The position numbers and the translations under genes were made by a program. Under the pieces are notes generated by a model, which worked only from the letters and a program-made list of their open reading frames with translations, was not told where the DNA came from and searched no databases. From the NCBI RefSeq assembly GCF_009914755.1, contig NC_060930.1: DNA of 64,000 bases. The stretch is one strand, 5' to 3'. The DNA comes from the human T2T-CHM13v2.0 reference genome, Homo sapiens. Position 1 is the stretch's first letter. Each line of letters starts with the position of its first letter. This document shows, one piece after another, positions 13,561 to 27,489 of the stretch.

Positions 13561-13659
13561 ATGCTCAGGCTGGTGTTTGAAGTATTGGAATCTGCGGATC
13601 AAGCTCAGTGGAGGGGATGGTGGTGGGGATTAGATGATGGAGAAGTTGAGAAGAGTGTT

Positions 13660-14950
13660 TTATTTATTCAAGAAACGTTTTCAGAATGCATGTAGTCGAA
13701 GATCGGTACGCTGGGCATGTAACGATGATGTAAGCAATCTCTGCCCTCTAGGAGCTTACTGTTTAGAGTAAGGGCTGAGCAGACACATAGGCGTAGAATG
13801 ACAAAAGAGCGTCGGTAAGTGCAGTGATAGATGCACATGGAAATATGAGAGCACGTGGAAGGGAAATCTAATCTACCTGAGGGGTTGGGGATGTTGGCCT
13901 TTAAGAGGGCTTCCAGAGGAGATGACACTTGAAATAAAGGATGAATAGGAGTTAGAGGGCCAAGGAGATAAATCAGTAAATTAGAATTACAAGGTGTTCA
14001 TTATTACTGGATCACTAGTTACGTGGCAGAGTGGTAAGAAGAGAGCAAGGGAAGTAGATCGAGGCCAGAAAATGAAAACCTTGAGTACCCTGGAGCTTGG
14101 AAGGGGGATTTATTGAAAAGCCTTAAGTAAAAAAGTGACCACAAAATTAAATCAGTTTGACAACACTATGGAGGATGGATTTGAAAAGAATAAGACTTGA
14201 GCCAGAGACTAGGAGTCTGTCGGAATAGTCTTGTTAATAGATTAAGAAGGTCTGACCTAGGGCAAGGAGTAAGAGGATGGGATAGACTGGGAAAATATTT
14301 AGGCCATACAGTCATTAAGGCTGGATTGATTGAATATGTGGGAAAGGGGCACCAGTCAGGTATGACTCCTGGGGTGTATATAGGTAGGAGTGTCTCCATT
14401 TAAAATAGAGAACATAGGCAGATGTAAGATTTAAATTTTGTTTACACTGAATTTGATGTGGTTGTGTAACATCAACCTGAGATGACCAAGAGGCGGTGGA
14501 TATATGAATATGCATAGAGTATGGCAGAGTGATCTGGACTAGTGATAAATATTTGGGAGTCTTCTTCATATGAAAACTAGGAGCGGGGAAGAAATTACTC
14601 AAAGGATAAGGTCAAAAGAGTAGCGGGCCAAGTATAGATGCTTGGAAGCATTGATATTAAGGGAAAGTCGGAGGAGGCCATGAAGAAGATGGGCAAGTGC
14701 CAGAAGGATGTGAGACCGCAGAAATCAGAAGGGTAAAGTTTTAGGAAGCAGGGACAAATGGATAAATGTCGAATGCAGTTGCTTTTTAGTGAGAAAAGAA
14801 TGAAAAAGTGTCATTGATAGTCTCAATTAGAAGATAATTAATTGGTGATTTTTGCTAAAGCGAATATGTTGAGTTTTAGTAGGAGAAGCCAGGTGGCTTG
14901 GTTTAGTAATCACTGGAAAGTGAGGAAGGGGAGATAGGATAGACTGAGTG
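13660..14950 (-). mobile_element. L2 (diverged; more pieces to ~16280)
   Basis: tttattcaagaaacgttt...ctgccctctaggagcttactgtttag L2 3' end, then purine-rich L2 body. Confidence 0.7.
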
Positions 14951-15739
14951 TCCTTAGCTAGAGCATAAGGGAAAGTAAGAAATTGGTTAACAGTTTGAAG
15001 AGGACCTAGGGTGAAAGGAGGATTCTCCCCATGGAGAGAATGAGATTGAGCTTGAGTGTATTTGTAGGCTGATGGGAAGAGAAGGGATACAAGGGCATGG
15101 TGGGAGGGGTTCTCTTTTCAGTAGGAGGGGAGATTGGACAAGGAAAGTTAGGGTGGGTGTGGAGTAGTTGCCTGAGGGCCTGTTTTGTAGGTAATGAATG
15201 AGTGGAAGTTATTTCTTGAGAGATGATGGGCCAGCAGTTGAATGGGGAAACTGAGACAAATAGTAAAACTTGAAATAGTCATTGAGACCAAAGGGGAGAG
15301 TTGACAAGGAAAAGTAAAACGATTGAGTGGAGAAGAGCATAGGTATTAGAGCAATGCTGAAAACCAGCTGAAGGTGAAAGTCGTATATCTGTAATCATGC
15401 TAAGATTCTGTGATTTTCTTCAGTTGTGTTTAACTCATTGGCCTTAGGAGTCATGAAGGAAGATTGTGGCATTGATGCAGTATTAATGTTTTGAGTTTCT
15501 GGAGGAAATAAATTTTTAATTAAGTCTTAATTGACAAAGGACATGTTCTGTTGGTGAAGAGGATTGGAAAGCCCCCTTCTGTGAGAAACAGAAACAGGCT
15601 TAAAGGCACAGAGGTGTGATTGGTTATGGTAATTTGGAAGGCTTGGGGAGGGAGGTTGAAGTGGTGGGCATTGAGGCCAGAGAGGTGGTAAGATCTAGAT
15701 TTGCAAATGTTTTGACACCATTCTAAGGAGTTTGGATTC

Positions 15740-16029
15740 TTTTTTTTTTTTTTTTTTTTTTTGAGACGGAGTCTCGCTCTGTTGCCAGGCTGGAGTGCAG
15801 TGGCGCGGTCTCGGCTCACTGCAAGCTCCGCCTCCCTATTCAAGTGATTCACCTGCCTCAGCCTCCCGAGTAGCTGGGAGTACAGGCTTGCACCACCATG
15901 CCCAGCTAATTTTTGTATTTTCAGTAGAGACGGGCTTTCACCATGTTGGCCAGGATAGTCTCGGTCTCTTGACCTTGTGATCCGACTGCCTCATGCTGGG
16001 ATTACAGGCATGAGCCACTGCGCCTGGCC
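15740..16029 (-). mobile_element. AluS with short internal deletion
   Basis: Poly(T); TSD aggagtttggatt at 15726-15738 and 16030-16042. Confidence 0.93.
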
Positions 16030-17579
16030 AGGAGTTTGGATTTTTAGATATAATGGGTAGCCACTGACTGTTTTTCATTTTAAGCCAGGAAGTGACAAGA
16101 TCATTTGTGTTTTAGAAAGATCATTCTGAAGTACGAGAGAAAAGATACCACTTAGAGAATACTGGACCAGAACTAGAGAGGCTCAGGAGTGTGATTGTGT
16201 AAAGTAAGGCAATGCAGTGACAATGGAGTGGTTAGACTGTGGTCTCCAGAATAACAACCTTAGTACTTGGTGATTTTTACTTGTTTTTTCCGTCGTAAAT
16301 TCTTCTTAGTGTATTACACTTGTGCCAGTTTATTCTTCCAAAAACTCTGTTCTGTTTTACACCCTCATTTTTCTTAAGATGAAAATCTTTAGTCGGGCAT
16401 TCAAAGTCCATCACTGCATGGTTCTTTCCTTTGTGCTTTCACTTCCCACCTAGTCCTTAGTGCTGCCAAAACTGACTCATTATTCCCTGAATTCCTGCTT
16501 TCACCTTTGCTCTCTGTGCTCCCTTTAGTCTGGTTTGGGTCTTTCCCATTCTTTATTGATTTTTACATAGGAAGTATTCATTTAGAGTTAATCACATGTT
16601 TATTTCTTTTAGCTTTATATGTTTTACATGATTATTTTTCAGATCCACAGTTCCCTTTCTGTAGTTTTTCCTCCTCTGCCAAAATTCTTATTTTTTTCTT
16701 GAATCCCCTTCAATGTAGAAAGCGTAGTTATGTTAAAGTATATGATAAAAGGGATCCTGTGGGTCTGTTTCTATTGTTTCTTTTTGTTCTGTTTCATATA
16801 GTGGGCTATTTTTAAAATATATGCCAGATGTTGTATTTGAAAATTTATTTGAAAAAATAATTTGAGGGCTGGGATGATGTACATCCTCTTCAAGAAGATA
16901 GGAACGCATAGGAGCATGAGGAATCTAGGTTGGGTTTAACTCATTTTCAGGTGTTAAGCCCTGTTTGTGTTCTGATTCCCAGGTACTCACAGAGTGTAGC
17001 TTTTTGACATCCTAGTGTAAATTAGGTGGTTCATCAAGTATCCTTTTCTCCTCTGGGGGGCCCTTTCTCTTTTTTTCCCTTTCTATCGGGCACTCAGAAG
17101 GGCTGTTCACTCTTGCAGCTGTTTTTGGATTTGTAAATGTCTCAGGGAAAAAGTGGCTCCACCTTGGAATTTTTGTCCTCTCCTGGATGTTGGTTTGGTA
17201 ATTTTTGTTATCTTTCTATGCCTTCAATTAGATGGCCAGCTTTTCTAGTTCTTTTCAGCAAGAAGCTTAATCTGAATTACCTCTTTTGCCATACCTGGAA
17301 GTTGAATTCCTGTCATTGGGTTAGATTTTTTTCAGGGATTGAGGCAGTTTCCATGAAACTTTACTTCTCAAACTGAAGTAATCTTTTACTCTCTTGTACT
17401 CTAATACTTTTTTGCTTTTACCTGTTTAAGAACATGTACTGTTTTTTACACTTTACATTTCAGTTGTGAGGTGGTTTTGTTGGTTCTACTAGACCATAAT
17501 TTCCCTAAGATAAATGTGTGTGTATTTTTACATAGATCAGGGACTTGCACATATTAGTTGCTTAAAAATTTTTTTGGGG

Positions 17580-18220
<641 letters not shown>

Positions 18221-20371
18221 GCTTAAAATATTAAAATCAGTGATATAGAATCTCTTCTGGGAAAGGCAATGCAAAGGACAGTCTATCCTTTTGGGCCCAG
18301 CTACTGCATTAGAACTGATAAGCAAGGAAGCTATAATGAATGGCTGCCTTTATGAATTAAAATGAGAGATCAGGAATATAAGTGTGGTCCAGTTTTACCT
18401 CTGATAGAGTTAATCAGGGCTAAGTATAGTTGGCAGCTACTTAATGTAGTACTTATTGTACTAAATAGTGTTTACTAAAGTTCAAACTCCTGGGTTTTAT
18501 TGCTTGTCCTGAAGCAACCTTTTAAATGGATGAAAAAGCAAGTAGCTGAAATAATAGAAAAGCTCATGGAATTAACGCATCACACATGCCCCAGATCATG
18601 CTACATTTTTATATCCAATGTTCAATATAAATTATTTTTTATTCCTAATATAGAAAGAGTCTCAACTGGAAAGTTGAATTTGCCATAAGATTAATGAACA
18701 TTTTGTGTTTTGCTTTTTCCAAGTAGATTGATGAAGTGGTTTAAACATGTTTTGCTTTTCAATTTGAAACTTGGGTTATCATATTTATTCTCAGTTTTAG
18801 GTGGCTGCTTAAGCTTTGGGTAGTAGAGATAATGCTATGCCATAAAACTTTAATCTTTCACTTTTTTTCCCCACCTAACTCTTAGGATCTTTGTGTTTTA
18901 GCTTGTTGCAGCTTTTTAACAGTATATTCCAGGAGCAGCAAACTTTGGTGTTTTAACTTGGTTATAGTTGGATGTTTTAAATGTAAAACTGACTTTACAA
19001 TATGCTTTAATATAGAACAAACAACAATCATGCAAGATGAAGTAATTTAATCTATAACTTTATTTTTTTTCTTTTAAGTGCTATAACTCTATCAGTCTTG
19101 GTTGACTTCTTGAGCCACTGGACTTCTAGGACAGTTATCAGGGTCCTCATCATTTTGATTCCCTTAATAACCACCTAGGTTCTATGCTTCTCTCTTTATA
19201 GTTCACCTAACCTGATGAGGTAGCTATGATTCCTGTTTCACATTTGAGGGAACTAAAAGTTGGAGGATTTAAGATTCTTGTATAAAGCCACATCGCTAGT
19301 ATTTGGAAGAGCTGAAAATCAGATTATGGTCTATTTAATTTCTAAGTCTCATGATGTCTCCTATTCAGATTTGTGTTTTCCTTGCTGCAAAATAACCTTT
19401 GGGCTGCCTTCACTGATTTATCAGTAGTCTGTGATAGTTCTTGGTCGATCCATCTGATTGGACTGAATTCAGCCCCTTCTAACACTGAATTTTAAAAAAT
19501 GATTTGTTGCATAGACAAAATAGAAATGGCACTAGTAGCTTGAACTTCTCATTCTTCTTGGTCTTGGAGTGGGGGACTTCCTGGTCTGGGTATAGTTTCC
19601 CTTTTGATGGCGGTGGGCTTGGTGTTAAAGGCTCTTCCTTCTGGTTGGGAGGAAAGGGGATAGTAGGTAGCCAGCAGTGGAACACTTACCTCTCATTAGG
19701 TTCCATCCTCCATGAGACCTATATGGAAGAGTGTGATTCTACCTGTTTTATGTGATTTAAGGAGATAACTTGTTAGTCATACAAATTATAAAATTTGTAT
19801 AATTATTTGGGTTTATCAGTACAAAGTGATTGCTTCAAAGAATATAAACACTCTCTGGACAGATTTCAACTTTGCATGAATGATGCTTTTAAAGTATCTA
19901 TTATGTTAGTTCTGTTTCTAGTTCTGTAACTTTACACAGAAAGAAGATGAGATAGTTATTTGTGCTTAATGAATACATAGTGGTATGCCCTGGCTGATTA
20001 TTTTTTTCTTTTCCAAACATCTTCAAATCATGTGTCTGATTTTCATTTTAACTTTATTCGTCAATCGTCAGTCTTACTAATCTGCACTTTGTGTAACCTG
20101 TTTTTTTCCTTTCCAAAATCAGGGAATTTTTTGATCAAGTGTTTGCTAACTCTTCTGTTGTCGAAAATTTCTCAGAAATTACTTACCTGTGGTTTTTATT
20201 ATTAGATTATTTCTGAACCCTAAATTGTAATTGTCTGATGTTGAAGCTTAAATGCCTCAGTTAGATCTTCAGCCTACTCTTATTTTTTAGTCATGTAATA
20301 CCTGTCTCCCTTAGTACATTTTTAGTTCCTTTTTGTTAAAATGTATTTTCTCTGTAATATTTTCAATACAG

Positions 20372-20437
20372 GAAATAAAGTCTTTGCTTTTGCTTTTTGG
20401 AGGTCAGTTTGCCAGCAGTCAAGAAACTTATGGAAAG
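20372..20437 (+). CDS. TRMT11: TRMT11 exon 2
   Basis: cag|EIKSLLLLFGGQFASSQETYGK|gtaagt. Confidence 0.95.
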
Positions 20438-21218
20438 GTAAGTTAAATTTTCATTAGACCATATGGAGTATACTTAGAAATAGAGCCTTGGGTTTGAAGA
20501 GAAGAAGTGCATATCTTAAATTTATATTTGTATGGTTACTTGTATCTGTTTCAAGAGGCAGTGGAATAAAGTGGATATTTTTGGAAAATTTGTGGTTTTG
20601 TTAAGTAATTTAGATTTATTTCTAGTATTTTATTTGTTTTACATTTTTAGTCAACAGTTGTGTCATAATTTGTCCTTTCACCTAAAAAAGGGCTGTGCTC
20701 CATTGGTGAGCTGTGTTTAGAATTTGAATTTAGAATTTGGCAGAATGTTGGGCTCGTGTTGAGAATCATTTTAAAATTTGAAATTGTGCATTGTATAAGA
20801 CTGAATTTATGAGCTTTGTATTTTGCATAAAACTATATCAGTGTTTGACAGAAGTTTGGAAAATAGAAAAAATAATTTGCAGTTCCTTCTTGACATGACT
20901 TATAATTTGGGGATGCTGCCTTCCAGTCTTTTTTTTTTTCGTGTACTTTTTTTTCCCTATTGTAATTCTACTTCTGTAGTCTGTGTTTCTCACCTGATAG
21001 TGTCAATATAGGCCTAAGTTGTTACTTGGCCTTTATCTCTAACATAGCTACATAATATTTTTCATTGACTAGCTCTACCATAATTAACCATTTCATTTTA
21101 TTCAGGTTGCTTTAAAAATTTTCTCAATAAAAGTAATACTAAGATGAAAATATTTTTTCTTGTTTGGATTATTTTGAATTTTTCTGTTGGGTAGGGTAAA
21201 TATTGGAAGAAAAAAAAC

Positions 21219-21776
21219 GGGGTATATACCCAAAGTAATATAAGTCATTCTATTATAAAGATACATGCATGCATATGTTCATTGCAGCACTATTCACAAT
21301 AGCAAAGCATAGAATCAACCTAAATGCCATCAATGATAGACTGGATAATGAAAATGTACATATACACCATGGAAGCCATAAAAAGGAACGAGATCATGCA
21401 TACTGTGCAGCCATAAAAAGGAATGAGATCATGTCCTTTGCAGGGGCATGGATAGAGTTGGAAGCCATTATCCTCAGCAAACTAATGCAGGAACAGAAAA
21501 CCAAACACCACGTGTTCTCACTTATAAGTGGGAGCTGAATAATAAGAACATATGGACATGTCCAGGGAAACAACACACACTGGAGCCTGTTGGGGGTGGT
21601 GGAGTCTGGTGAAGGAGAGCATCAGGAAGAATAGCTAATGGATGCTGGGCTTAATACCTAGGCGATGGGTTGATCTGAGCAGCAAACCACCATGGCACAC
21701 GTTTACCTATGCAACAAACCTGCACATCCTGCACAGGTATCCCTGAACTTAAAAGTTGAAGAAAAAAGAAAAAAGC
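21219..21776 (+). mobile_element. L1PA (older primate) 3' end, 5'-truncated
   Basis: atgttcattgcagcactattcacaatagcaaag...ttctcacttataagtgggagctga...aacaaacctgcacatcctgcaca, then A-rich tail. Confidence 0.92.
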
Positions 21777-22581
21777 TAGGTGTGACAGGAAGGATTTCTT
21801 GCAAAAGATGAAAGAGCTAAAGTTGAAAGTCCTGTAGTGTTGGACTTTTATTCCTGAATGACTTTCACTTATTGAGGGGAGGAGGAAAGGAAGGAGAGTG
21901 CGGATATAATTGGCTAAGGGTGATGAAATGAGGTCAGGATCCTTTTGGATTTTGCTGTGTTCTGGCAAGAGGTTATCTGGCTGCAGCTTACCAGTGCCTG
22001 TAATCTTGGGTGTTGGGATAGAGGATTGGGAAAACACCCCTGATGCACTTGGAGCTTTTTTCCCCTAGATAAAATATAAAATAGTAAAAGCTAATGAGAA
22101 TTTAATAATGTACCTCATGATTTTCTATCATAGTTGTTTCAAAGGGCCCCTCCTTCACCCTCAGATGGCCACACCTACCTAGAAAAAGGTCTCATGTAGC
22201 AACTAAGAAATACATTACTTAGAAATTAAAAATGAAATAGCTGTATTATAAGGGATGATTAGCCATGATGAATTTCAAGATTATACTTTGGGATATAATA
22301 TGCATTAATTCCTTTCGTAAAGCTACATAAAAGGGCAGATACAAAATTAATGTTTCATTTGAGGATATATTCGTTTATAGGGTCATTATAAAAATGTTTT
22401 TACTATATTATTCTAATTTACTTTTTTACTATTGGAACGATTTTTATTTTGGTTACAGTCAGATCAGATATTCTTACATGAAAGTAGCAAATAGGCACTT
22501 CTCCTTATTGACTTCTTGAATAAAAGCATATGAGGCCATGTAGCCACTTAGAATTAAGTTGCATATTGTTATTTCTTTTAG

Positions 22582-22655
22582 TCACCATTTTGGATTCTTA
22601 GCATTCCCTCTGAAGATATTGCAAGAAATTTGATGAAACGGACAGTGTGTGCCAA
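22582..22655 (+). CDS. TRMT11: TRMT11 exon 3
   Basis: tag|SPFWILSIPSEDIARNLMKRTVCA(K)|gtaaga. Confidence 0.95.
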
Positions 22656-24142
22656 GTAAGAGAAACTTATGTTCTCCTGCATGAATATACTGGTACTTCT
22701 CATAACCACTCAATCCTGTTTTTTGCTATATTGGGCAGTGTGAAGGCTCAGTTTAGCTTGCAGTTACATACAACTGCCACTGGGTGGCGGTGGGGGACCA
22801 GAGGAGGGTTACCTGCCGAAACCAAGGATGAAAGAATCTCTGGGGAAATGTCGACACATTTGTTTTAGAATAATTTTTTAAAACTTCCGTATTATGCGGG
22901 AGTATAGTATGAGATATAAACACTATGTTCTTACGCAGGATAGATGCCACATATAATTATAACCAAAGTGCTGAAAATCCAAAAATACTTTTTTCATAGA
23001 TGGTTTTTAATTGGATGAGCAGATTAGTGAAGTGTAAGGTAACAAAAAGTGAGGACTGCCGTGAGATATGTTTTACTGTTTCAGTTGGTAGAGAAAATAA
23101 TTATGAGTACCAAATCTTGGTGTGAATTAATGTAATGATGCTGTTCATTGTTTATCCTCAGTGTTTCTAGACTTTATCATTGGCATCCACTTTTTTTTTC
23201 TTTTCTTTCATTTCTTTTTTCTTTGTACTGTTGGAAAATTTTCTGTCATCAGATTTGAAAATTAAACTGTATTTTTAACTAGCATCTTAAATATCAAACA
23301 GCTTGTGTTATCTTTAAGCTGCTTTTTCTTCCTGAACATTTTGGCAGATTGCTGAAAACTTTCTGTAGAAATTATATTTGCTAATGCAATGCAAATAAGA
23401 ATTTACATATATCTAGTTTTATTAACATGGTTAGCGATGTTTTATATCATCATATGTAATTGTTGTATTACGGAATTGGACACAACCCAATATTTAGTTA
23501 ACTTCATCCTATTGAGAACTACCTGCAGCCTTTAATCTTTTACAGTGAAGGTCGTTAACAGGCCTTATTATGAAATAAAAATGACTAGAAAACAGAAACA
23601 TAACTTTTAAAAAACTCTTTTTGAATAATTGCTTGTTAGGTTTAAAATAGCCACTGGAGTACTAAGAACTTGTATGCTTCTTTCATAACTCTTCTAATTC
23701 ATATATTTGATTAATGGCACAATTAACAGTTGTATAATATAATTTTTAATTGCTTTTTATTATCTATATATTTTGTGTAGCTGAGGTATACCTTAAGTGA
23801 TAGCTAAGTGAGATTAATATTATTGTAGAAGCCTTTTCTCTGTAAATTCAATAGAAAAGGAAGAAATCATTTGCAAAGGAAAAAAATTACAATTTAACTG
23901 TATCAGAATGAAGATAGACTTTTATAAAAGCATAGATTCAAAACCAACTTAAATTCAAATTTTTCTGTGTTAGAAGGGATTGAAAGTTAATTTATTATTA
24001 ACATGAAATATTTTGAGCATGCGACAAAAAGGTGAAAAATATAACAAGTACCTAGGAATATGCCTTATTAGACCTCAACATTTTGGGTAAGTTAGTTACT
24101 AAAATTGTGTGTGTGTGTCCATACGTGCGCACGCACATGCAT

Positions 24143-24433
<291 letters not shown>

Positions 24434-24667
24434 TAATAACATTTTTATTTGGTCATTAGTCTTTTTGTATTATGGAGAAGACATTGGGAATAATTGGCTT
24501 TTCTGCAGCTTTTTACCCATTTATCTAAAATAACCGATTCATTTATACTTTGCAAAACATAGGCAATAATCAGTGGAGTGTGCATAAAGAACTAGTAAAA
24601 TGACTGTATGTATTCCTGTGTGAACTAAGTTCTTTACTGAGGTTAGTACCAATCATTTATTTCCTAG

Positions 24668-24749
24668 GTCTATATTTGAACTATGGGGTCATGGACAATC
24701 TCCTGAGGAGCTGTACAGTTCTCTTAAAAACTACCCTGTGGAGAAGATG
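24668..24749 (+). CDS. TRMT11: TRMT11 exon 4
   Basis: tag|SIFELWGHGQSPEELYSSLKNYPVEKM|gtgcgt. Confidence 0.95.
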
Positions 24750-24837
24750 GTGCGTAGTAAAATGTGGTTTTATATAGGCATGCGTGCAGATTCTGTAGAA
24801 TTAAAATACTCAAAAAACTGATTTCCTTTTATTTTAG

Positions 24838-24930
24838 GTTCCATTTCTACATTCGGACTCTACATATAAAATAAAGATTCACACTTTTAATAAGACATTG
24901 ACACAAGAAGAGAAAATCAAGCGAATAGAT
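24838..24930 (+). CDS. TRMT11: TRMT11 exon 5
   Basis: tag|VPFLHSDSTYKIKIHTFNKTLTQEEKIKRID|gtaagt. Confidence 0.95.
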
Positions 24931-25164
24931 GTAAGTAAATTTAGCAAAACAAAAAACCTACATGATGAATGCAGTCTGGCCATTGTTGATATATAGGAAT
25001 ACCTAATGTCTGTGAAGTGTTTATTTTGTACCACATTTTGTGCTAAGTGCTTTTCATGTTTTATTTAATGTTGACTCCAGGCTTACAAGGTAATGTTATT
25101 AGATAAGCGCCATTTTTCATTGTAAATTATTATAAGACATCAGCATTTCTTTTGTTTCTTTTAG

Positions 25165-25299
25165 GCACTTGAATTTCTGCCATTTGAAGGAAAAGTGAAT
25201 TTAAAGAAACCGCAACATGTATTTTCTGTTTTGGAGGATTATGGTTTAGACCCAAACTGCATCCCTGAGAATCCACATAATATTTATTTTGGTAGATGG
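25165..25299 (+). CDS. TRMT11: TRMT11 exon 6 (THUMP region)
   Basis: tag|ALEFLPFEGKVNLKKPQHVFSVLEDYGLDPNCIPENPHNIYFGRW|gtgagc. Confidence 0.95.
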
Positions 25300-26071
25300 G
25301 TGAGCAAGTTTTCTTTCTACCTATGTCAGTTTGTTTTTTTGAAAGCTACATATTAGGCCTTTTGTTGACTCCTATGTAGAACTTTAAAGCAGCTGAAGAG
25401 TCAGAACTACTGAATGGATTAAAATTGGTGAAGAGTATGTGATTATGTTTTGTTTTGTGTTTTCCCAGAGATTCTTAAATGAAGTGCAAGAGGCTTGTTA
25501 GATATAGGGAGGAGTTGGTATACCTGGAAATGTTGAAACAAGACTTACCAGAACATCTGGACTGTTTTTTTTTTTTTTGTTTGTTTCTTTTTTTTTATAA
25601 AGCAGAGAAAACACAGAGTGCTGTGGTAGTTGAGGAATCTCATTTGTGGAGATTCCCAATCTGGGCCTTCCATTCCAAAAGAAATGGAATTACTGTAAAG
25701 CAGTTCTGCCGACTTCTCTGAGGCTTTAAATGGGTGATTGGAAGCTGTGAGTGGAAGTTGTGACTTATGTTAGAGATTATTGTTATGTAGGAGAACAAAG
25801 AAATGGGCATACCTTAACACCTACCTCTGGAGTAATTGCATTCAAATGCAGTTCATACTTGTTTTGAAAAGAAAAAGTAAATGGAATGACATTAAGCAAT
25901 AAAAGGCTTTGTTCATAACTACCTCAATTACATTATTTTAAATAAATAAGTTTAGAGCAGTAATAAGTGGAAAGAAGTTCTTATCAGCAAAATACAATGG
26001 TCTTATTGTGAGTGATTATCTTAAGTCTATTCTGTATGGCTATACTAACATAAGAAATATCTCTGATTTAG

Positions 26072-26228
26072 ATTGCAGATGGACAGAGAGAGCTTATTGA
26101 GTCATACAGTGTCAAAAAGAGACACTTTATTGGAAATACAAGTATGGATGCTGGTTTGTCATTCATTATGGCTAACCATGGAAAAGTGAAAGAAAATGAT
26201 ATTGTCTTTGATCCATTTGTTGGAACAG
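26072..26228 (+). CDS. TRMT11: TRMT11 exon 7 (SAM-binding motif I)
   Basis: tag|IADGQRELIESYSVKKRHFIGNTSMDAG...DIVFDPFVGT(G)|gtattt. Confidence 0.96.
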
Positions 26229-26989
26229 GTATTTTTATTTAACTTTTAAGCTAGTGTAGAGATGTTGCTTATTTATATTAATGAAGGTCATGGTAATATT
26301 TTTGCTAAAAGAGTAAATGGATAATCTTTTAATTGTGTTTGGATAGTGGCCAACAGACAACCACATACTTGTGTAATAGCTAGTATTTAACACTTATGCC
26401 ACTTCAAAGATGATGCTGATAGAATTGTATGGGTTTTATTCCAGATAAACCACTAGGAGGGAGCATCCATCTAATTTTTTTGTAGCAGAAAAACTTGCAA
26501 TACCATACATTGTAGAAATGTTGTAAAGCTGTATAGTTTATTTAAATAGGAAAACTCTTGGTGAAAGAAAGACTTGGATGACAAGATCAAAAAAATGTAT
26601 TCATCCAGTTTAAATGTACTCATACAGTTTAAATTCATAACTGTATATGTGGATGGAGAAAATAGTTAATATATCCTATCTTTGAGTTGGTTTATGGAGG
26701 TTTATAAGTAAGTGTGAAATAAGAAAAGTGTCAAAGTATCAATGGGCTAGATAGCCTGGTCACTGTGGCAGTGACCTTGGTTTTTTGTGCATATGATTGG
26801 GATAATTTTTTATGGAAGTCCTAAAACTCCATCTGACTCTGTGCAGACTTTTTCCTACTTCCACTCAATTTTGCTGGATCTTGCCCATACCCAGCAAATA
26901 CTTGTATTTAAATTTGTTTGACCAAGCTCATTATGGCTCATTTTGTGGTTGGAGCCTGTCCCTGTAGCCATCTTTCCCCTTGGGCAGTG

Positions 26990-27240
26990 ATGATGCAGAG
27001 CTAACGTTTATTGAATAGTAAATGTATCAGGTACTATGCTATGCATTCTGATGCTACTATCTAGTTTAATTCTTACAACAACTAACATGGAGATACTTTA
27101 AAAATTTGCTTGAGGAAATTATGGCAGAGAGAAAGGTGCAGTGACTTGGCCAAGGTTATACAGTATATTGGTTTCATAGGATTCAAACTCAAGCAGTCCA
27201 ACTCCAGAGCTCATGCCCTTAACTTTGAGCTGCCTCTCTC
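26990..27240 (-). mobile_element. MIR
   Basis: gtgacttggccaaggttatacag...ggattcaaactcaagcagtccaactccagagctc. Confidence 0.75.
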
Positions 27241-27489
27241 TGCATTGGGATCTGCCAACCAGCTATTACACCATGTACTAACTTAAGGAATATGACCACA
27301 TATGCTTAGGAAGAAGTAGTATCAAGGTCAATAAATTTCTAATTGATGGAATAACTTTCTCTGTTTATTGTTGAGTTAATTCACTGGTGAGTCTTTCTTC
27401 TCTGCCAGTTTCTCCATATCACCTACCCTCAGCATACTCTATATTCTTTTCTTCCCCACTCTCATTATCCTAAGTAACTCACCCCAAAT

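Noticed and set aside
21269-21538. ORF MHMFIAALFTIAK...
   Set aside because: Frameshifted C-terminal remnant of L1 ORF2
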